Assembly (NCBI GenBank): GCA_044450345.1
Contig: JBIOIY010000002.1
Location: 32,001-96,000 of the forward strand
DNA length: 64,000 nucleotides
Direction: 5' to 3'
DNA from: Thermodesulfovibrionales bacterium
GTDB lineage: Bacteria; Nitrospirota; Thermodesulfovibrionia; Thermodesulfovibrionales; UBA6898
Shown: piece after piece, positions 58,744 to 64,000 of the stretch
How positions within the stretch are numbered: the stretch's first letter is position 1
How the letters are laid out: the number at the start of each line of letters is the position of its first letter
Position numbers and translations under genes: made by a program
The notes under the pieces: model-generated
The model's database searches: none
What the model saw: the letters and a program-made list of their open reading frames with translations, nothing else
What the model was told of the DNA's origin: nothing

Positions 58744-60053
58744 GACCCGGTGGGATTTCCGTCAGTGTTGATGCTTGTTCCAAATAACGAATGTTGTCTG
58801 GCCTTTTCGATTCTCACGAAAGAGTAAGAGCCTGCCTTCTCGCCATTGTCCCTGATGGTAACGATCTTATTCGTCCTCATCCTTCCGCAAAGCATTTCGC
58901 TGTCGGTTTCGGAAGGGCCTTCAAGAAGAACCTCCTGAATGGTGCCTTCTAAGGTCTTATTCTTCCTATATGTTATCTCTTCCTGCAATCTCAGTATCCC
59001 GCCCAGTCTCTGAGATTTAAGATCATCCGCTATATGCCCCTCCATTCCGCAAGCTACTGTACCTTTTCTCGCGGAATACTTAAAGGCAAAAAGCCCGTCG
59101 AACCCGATTTCCTTTATTGCGCGCATGGTTGCTTCGTGGTCCGTTGCTGTTTCACCTGGAAAACCTGTTATCACATCCGCGGTGATCCCGATATCATGAA
59201 TCTTTCTCCTTAGGCGGTCGATTTTTTCTCTATACTCCTTATAAGTGTACCCCCTGTTCATGAGTTTCAGTATTCTATCCGAACCGGACTGAATCGGCAG
59301 ATGCAAGTGCTCGCAAACATGCGGCAACTCTGCCATAGCTTCGATCAACCGATCTGAAAAATCTCTAGGGTGGGAAGTCACGAAACGTATCCTGTCGATC
59401 CCAATGTCATCGATTCTTCGCAGCAAATCAGGGAAATCGATATCACTTCTATAGGAGTTTACGTTTTGACCGAGAAGGGTGATTTCCTTGTAGCCCCTGC
59501 CTGCAAGATTCTTAATCTCAGAAATAATACTGCTGCTTGGTCTGGAGACCTCCCTTCCCCGCGTATATGGCACGATACAGTATGCGCAAAAGTTGTTGCA
59601 GCCGTACATGATGGAAACCCATGCCTTTATCAGGCTTTGACGGTTAGTTGCCAAATCCTGAAAGGCCAACTCATGATTATCATCAACCAGAGATGATCGA
59701 AGCCTTCCAGAAAGCATATCGCTGACAAGATGAATATTTTGGGGGCCCAGTACAAAGTCAACATAGGGAGCCCTCTTCATCAACTTTTCTTTGGTCTCTT
59801 GGGCAACACACCCGGCGACCGCTATCTTAAGCCCTTTATGCTTTTTTTTGAGCACCTTGGTCCTGCCGAGTTGACTATAAAACTTCTGCTCCGCTTTTTC
59901 CCTGATCGCACAGGTATTGAAAATAACGAGATCTGCGTGGTCGGGAAGGTCAGCTTTGCTATAGCCATTTTCGAAAAGAACGCCGAGCATTTTCTCGGTA
60001 TCGTGGACATTCATCTGGCACCCGTATGTATAAATGAACACTGACTTACGCAT
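58740..60053 (-). CDS. miaB: tRNA methylthiotransferase MiaB
   Basis: TYGCQMNVHD, NTCAIREKAE, GCNNFCAYCIVPYTRGRE, LLGQNVNSY, TRAM domain. Confidence 0.95.
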   Translation of the reverse strand: MRKSVFIYTYGCQMNVHDTEKMLGVLFENGYSKADLPDHADLVIFNTCAIREKAEQKFYSQLGRTKVLKKKHKGLKIAVAGCVAQETKEKLMKRAPYVDFVLGPQNIHLVSDMLSGRLRSSLVDDNHELAFQDLATNRQSLIKAWVSIMYGCNNFCAYCIVPYTRGREVSRPSSSIISEIKNLAGRGYKEITLLGQNVNSYRSDIDFPDLLRRIDDIGIDRIRFVTSHPRDFSDRLIEAMAELPHVCEHLHLPIQSGSDRILKLMNRGYTYKEYREKIDRLRRKIHDIGITADVITGFPGETATDHEATMRAIKEIGFDGLFAFKYSARKGTVACGMEGHIADDLKSQRLGGILRLQEEITYRKNKTLEGTIQEVLLEGPSETDSEMLCGRMRTNKIVTIRDNGEKAGSYSFVRIEKARQHSLFGTSINTDGNPTGS

Positions 60054-60182
60054 CTAAAAATGTAACATGATCTTGAAGGTTTCTTCAATTTTAGATATTA
60101 GCCTTTCTAAATATGGATATTCTAAGGCGTTGATATATTGTGATTTCTTGCAATATTAACGTGTTTGATTTAATATTAAAAT

Positions 60183-62801
60183 GTGTTTGGAATACTGAAA
60201 AAAATTATTGGCACCAAGAATGATCGCGAGATCAAGAGACTTCTCCCTATTGTAGAACATATTAACTCCCTGGAAAGCACCATCGGCACGCTTTCAGATT
60301 CTGATCTGAGGGGCAAAACTGCTGAATTTCGGAAGAGGCTCGAAAATGGAGAGACCCTGGACGATTTGCTTCCTGAGGCTTTCGCCGTGGCACGTGAGGC
60401 GTCAAAACGGGTCTTGAAGATGAGACACTTCGATGTCCAGATTCTCGGGGGATTGGTACTGCACGAAGGAAAGATAGCCGAGATGAAGACTGGCGAAGGC
60501 AAGACATTGGTAGCCACCCTACCCGTCTACCTCAATTCACTCGAAGGCCGAGGCGTCCATATAGTGACGGTAAATGACTATCTGGCAAAGAGGGATGCCC
60601 AGTGGATGGGGCCTCTCTATGAATTCCTGGGTATGAGCGTGGGGATAATTGTCCATGGTCTCACGGATGAAGAGAGACAAGTATCCTATAACTCCGACGT
60701 TGCGTACGGTACGAACAATGAATTCGGCTTCGATTATCTGAGAGACAACATGAAATATGACCTCTCCCAGTTTGCACAGAGGGAACTCAATTTCGCAATC
60801 GTCGACGAGGTGGACAGTATCCTGGTAGACGAGGCCCGCACGCCCCTGATTATTTCAGGCCCCTCTGAAGAGTCGACCGACAAATACTATAAAATCGATA
60901 AGATTATCCCAAAACTCCAGAAAGAGACCGATTATACTGTGGACGAAAAGGCGAGGACCGTCATACTCACGGAGGAAGGGAATATCAAGGCAGAAAGGCT
61001 TTTGGGAGCAGGCAATCTTTATGACCCTTCGAACATAGAACTTGTCCACCATATACTTCAGGGACTCAAGGCGCATACCCTCTTCAAGAAAGACGTCGAT
61101 TACGTCGTAAAGGATGGAGAGGTCTTAATAGTCGACGAGTTCACTGGCAGGCTTATGCCGGGAAGGCGTTGGTCCGATGGGCTTCATCAGGCCGTTGAAG
61201 CGAAGGAAGGGGTCAAGATAGCGAGCGAGAACCAAACCCTTGCGACAATCACCTTCCAAAACTACTTTCGCATGTACAAGAAACTTGCGGGCATGACGGG
61301 TACGGCCGAAACCGAGGCTGAGGAATTCGCCAAAATATATAACCTCGACGTTCTCGTGATCCCTACTAATGCACCCATGATAAGGGCGGATTACCCCGAC
61401 GTAATCTACAAGACGGAAACAGGTAAATTCAATGAGGCCATCAAAGAGATTGAAGAACTCAACAAGAAGGGACAGCCGGTACTCGTAGGGACCATATCGA
61501 TAGAAAAATCGGAACTCCTCAGCGGTCTTTTGAAGAAAAGGGGGATAAAGCACTCTGTCCTCAATGCGAAATACCACGAAAAAGAGGCTGAGATCATCGT
61601 CCAGGCAGGCAGAAGCGGCGCAGTGACAATAGCGACTAATATGGCCGGGAGGGGGACCGACATCATCTTGGGTGGAAATCCGGCAGCGATCGCAAGGGAT
61701 ATGCTGAGGGATATACCCGATTACACAGACGAGGATTGGCGTAAAGCTCTCACAGAAGCGGAACAAAAGTGCGCTGCCGACAAAGAAAAAGTCCTTTTCC
61801 TTGGAGGGCTCCATATCTTGGGCACGGAAAGGCACGAGGCACGAAGGATCGACAATCAGCTGCGGGGACGCTCGGGAAGACAGGGGGATCCGGGGTCTAC
61901 GCGCTTTTATCTCTCCCTGGAAGATGACCTGATGAGGATATTCGGCTCTGACAGGATATCAGGGCTAATGGGCAGACTCGGCATGGAAGAAGATATTCCT
62001 ATAGAAAACAGGATGGTCTCCAAGGCGATAGAGAACGCGCAGAAGAGGGTCGAAGCCCAGAACTTCGATATCAGGAAGCACCTTCTCGAATATGACGATG
62101 TAATGAACAAACAGAGGACAGAAATCTACGCGTTCCGGAAAGAAATACTGCAGGGCGGCGACAACCTCCGACAAAGGATTCTTTCGATGATGGATGAGAT
62201 CGTTGATGAGTTGCTCGCCATTTATTGCCCGGAAGACACAAGGTTCAGCGAATGGGACGTGAAGGGGCTGAAAGATTCCATGTATGGTGTTTTTTCCCTG
62301 GTACCGGATGACATTCCTGAAGATATACAGACGCTGAGGGAAAAACTCTCGGTCGACATCAGGGGACTATATAAAGCAAAAGAGGATGAGGTAGGTCAGG
62401 AGATGATGCGTTATCTCGAAAAGATGATAGTCCTCCAGGTCGTAGATACCCAGTGGAAGGACCACCTTCTGGCGATGGACCACTTGAAGGAAGGCATCGG
62501 TCTGCGCGGATATGGGCAGCGGGACCCCCTTGTGGAGTATAAGAGAGAGGCATTCGATATGTTTGGAGAGATGTCCGGGAGGATATCTGCAGAGATCGTG
62601 TCCAGGCTCTTTAAAATCCAGGTACAGAGGAATAATGAGGCGGTAGTACGAAGCCAGGAGAGAAGGGTTAACCTTAACTATAATAGAGGAGAAGGCGGGC
62701 CGGTGCAGCCCGTCACGAAAGGCAAAAAAACAGGGCGTAACGAACCCTGCCCCTGCGGCAGCGGAAAGAAATACAAAAAATGCTGTGGGGCGAATGAGTA
62801 A
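60183..62801 (+). CDS. secA: Preprotein translocase subunit SecA
   Basis: [57 protein letters not shown]. Confidence 0.98.
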   Translation: MFGILKKIIGTKNDREIKRLLPIVEHINSLESTIGTLSDSDLRGKTAEFRKRLENGETLDDLLPEAFAVAREASKRVLKMRHFDVQILGGLVLHEGKIAEMKTGEGKTLVATLPVYLNSLEGRGVHIVTVNDYLAKRDAQWMGPLYEFLGMSVGIIVHGLTDEERQVSYNSDVAYGTNNEFGFDYLRDNMKYDLSQFAQRELNFAIVDEVDSILVDEARTPLIISGPSEESTDKYYKIDKIIPKLQKETDYTVDEKARTVILTEEGNIKAERLLGAGNLYDPSNIELVHHILQGLKAHTLFKKDVDYVVKDGEVLIVDEFTGRLMPGRRWSDGLHQAVEAKEGVKIASENQTLATITFQNYFRMYKKLAGMTGTAETEAEEFAKIYNLDVLVIPTNAPMIRADYPDVIYKTETGKFNEAIKEIEELNKKGQPVLVGTISIEKSELLSGLLKKRGIKHSVLNAKYHEKEAEIIVQAGRSGAVTIATNMAGRGTDIILGGNPAAIARDMLRDIPDYTDEDWRKALTEAEQKCAADKEKVLFLGGLHILGTERHEARRIDNQLRGRSGRQGDPGSTRFYLSLEDDLMRIFGSDRISGLMGRLGMEEDIPIENRMVSKAIENAQKRVEAQNFDIRKHLLEYDDVMNKQRTEIYAFRKEILQGGDNLRQRILSMMDEIVDELLAIYCPEDTRFSEWDVKGLKDSMYGVFSLVPDDIPEDIQTLREKLSVDIRGLYKAKEDEVGQEMMRYLEKMIVLQVVDTQWKDHLLAMDHLKEGIGLRGYGQRDPLVEYKREAFDMFGEMSGRISAEIVSRLFKIQVQRNNEAVVRSQERRVNLNYNRGEGGPVQPVTKGKKTGRNEPCPCGSGKKYKKCCGANE

Positions 62802-64000
62802 AATATTTTCTATAGGCCAGGCCCCCCGCATTAAAGAAAAAGAAATAGCCCTAGCTTCTAGGGGAAACAGGGTATTAAAACTCAAGTCCATCAAGGACAT
62901 GAGATACCGGCCTGAAGACAGGCCTGATCTTATCATCGTCGATAAGAACCAAAGCTCCGAACCGTCGTTTAGGGAATTTCAGGCGTCCTTCAAAGATATC
63001 CCGAAGATCGTATTGTCAGCTTCCTACTCTTACACGGGATTCGCCCCTTGGACAAAGTATCCCCAGACCTATACGGTTCAGAATCCATCTGCAAGGGAAA
63101 TCGAATTTATTATCAGGAAGGCGCTTAAGGTTAGGGACCTCCTCGGTGAGAATCGGTCGCTGAAGGAGCAACTCGTTAATATGACATATGAACTCGAATT
63201 CTTCAATGAGGTCAGCAAGACCCTTACTTCGACGCTCGAACTGAATGATATCCTTACCACGATAATGAAGAAATCAAAGAAGCTTATAAAGGCCGAGACA
63301 TGGTCGATACTTCTCCTTGACGAAGAGACTGGGGAACTCGTGTTCGAAAAGATAACGGGCAAAAAGGAAAATACAACCAAAATAAAGAAGATAAGGCTCA
63401 AGATTGGCGAGGGGATCGCCGGCTGGGTAGCGCAGGAAGGTATTCCTGTGGTAATACCGGATGTTTCGATAGACAAGAGATTCTGTTCGGCGATGGACAA
63501 GGAAACCGATATCGGGGCCAAATCGCTCATATGCGTGCCGATAAAGAGCAAGGGGATTATTATCGGCGTACTGGAAATTGTGAACAAGGCGACCGGTACC
63601 GCCTTCACCAAAGACGATCTTGACATAATTATGAGAATCGTCGACCATGCGGCGATTGCGATAGAGAGAGCCTCGCTATATCAGAAAATGGCCGAATTGT
63701 CCATCACTGACGACTTAACTAAACTTTTCAATACACGATACCTGGACAGAACCCTTGAGATAGAGATTACGCGATCGACCCGCCACAAGTCTTCTCTCTC
63801 ACTCATTTTCATGGACATTGATCACTTTAAGATAACCAATGATAACTATGGTCATCTTATAGGCAGCAAGCTGCTTGTGGAAGTAGGACAGCTGCTCATA
63901 AAACGTTTAAGAACCATAGATATTGTGGCCAGATATGGCGGCGATGAATTTGTTATCGTCCTGCCGCAGACCGTTCCCAGTGCTGCGGTTCAGATCGCCG
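62794..64000 (+). CDS. Diguanylate cyclase: degenerate receiver - GAF - GGDEF (3' truncated; absent from ORF track)
   Basis: ATG overlaps secA end; [39 protein letters not shown]-site, ARYGGDEF; runs off the window. Confidence 0.88.
   Translation, partial: MSKIFSIGQAPRIKEKEIALASRGNRVLKLKSIKDMRYRPEDRPDLIIVDKNQSSEPSFREFQASFKDIPKIVLSASYSYTGFAPWTKYPQTYTVQNPSAREIEFIIRKALKVRDLLGENRSLKEQLVNMTYELEFFNEVSKTLTSTLELNDILTTIMKKSKKLIKAETWSILLLDEETGELVFEKITGKKENTTKIKKIRLKIGEGIAGWVAQEGIPVVIPDVSIDKRFCSAMDKETDIGAKSLICVPIKSKGIIIGVLEIVNKATGTAFTKDDLDIIMRIVDHAAIAIERASLYQKMAELSITDDLTKLFNTRYLDRTLEIEITRSTRHKSSLSLIFMDIDHFKITNDNYGHLIGSKLLVEVGQLLIKRLRTIDIVARYGGDEFVIVLPQTVPSAAVQIA

Overview
A 64 kb, roughly 50-55% GC stretch of bacterial chromosome using the standard genetic code (many genes end in TGA). 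Gene content and style suggest an anaerobic Nitrospirota/Thermodesulfovibrionia-like or deltaproteobacterial organism; this is inference only. Most of it is housekeeping and energy metabolism: MacAB-TolC and EmrAB efflux genes (emrA and emrB separated by two toxin-antitoxin pairs and trmJ), csp, htpG, maf, a 13-heme cytochrome c + cytochrome b + heme-motif sensor kinase module, orphan 2-oxoacid:ferredoxin oxidoreductase beta/gamma genes, a hybOABCD-type [NiFe]-hydrogenase operon, fhs, purN, clpC, ndk, mdh, ino1 + CDP-alcohol phosphatidyltransferase, tRNA-Gly(CCC), a tRNA nucleotidyltransferase, mtaB, miaB, secA and a truncated GAF-GGDEF gene. The standout: the ORF track splits the hydrogenase large subunit only because of one in-frame TGA at the second Cys of the N-terminal RxCGxC motif (residue 64). 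An 8-bp perfect hairpin with bacterial-SECIS geometry follows it, while the C-terminal DPCxxC motif keeps both Cys. This points to a possible non-canonical [NiFeSe]-hydrogenase with selenocysteine at a Ni-Fe bridging ligand rather than the usual terminal one. Second: a family of modular intergenic hairpin repeats, with a related 21-bp palindrome sitting in-frame inside htpG.
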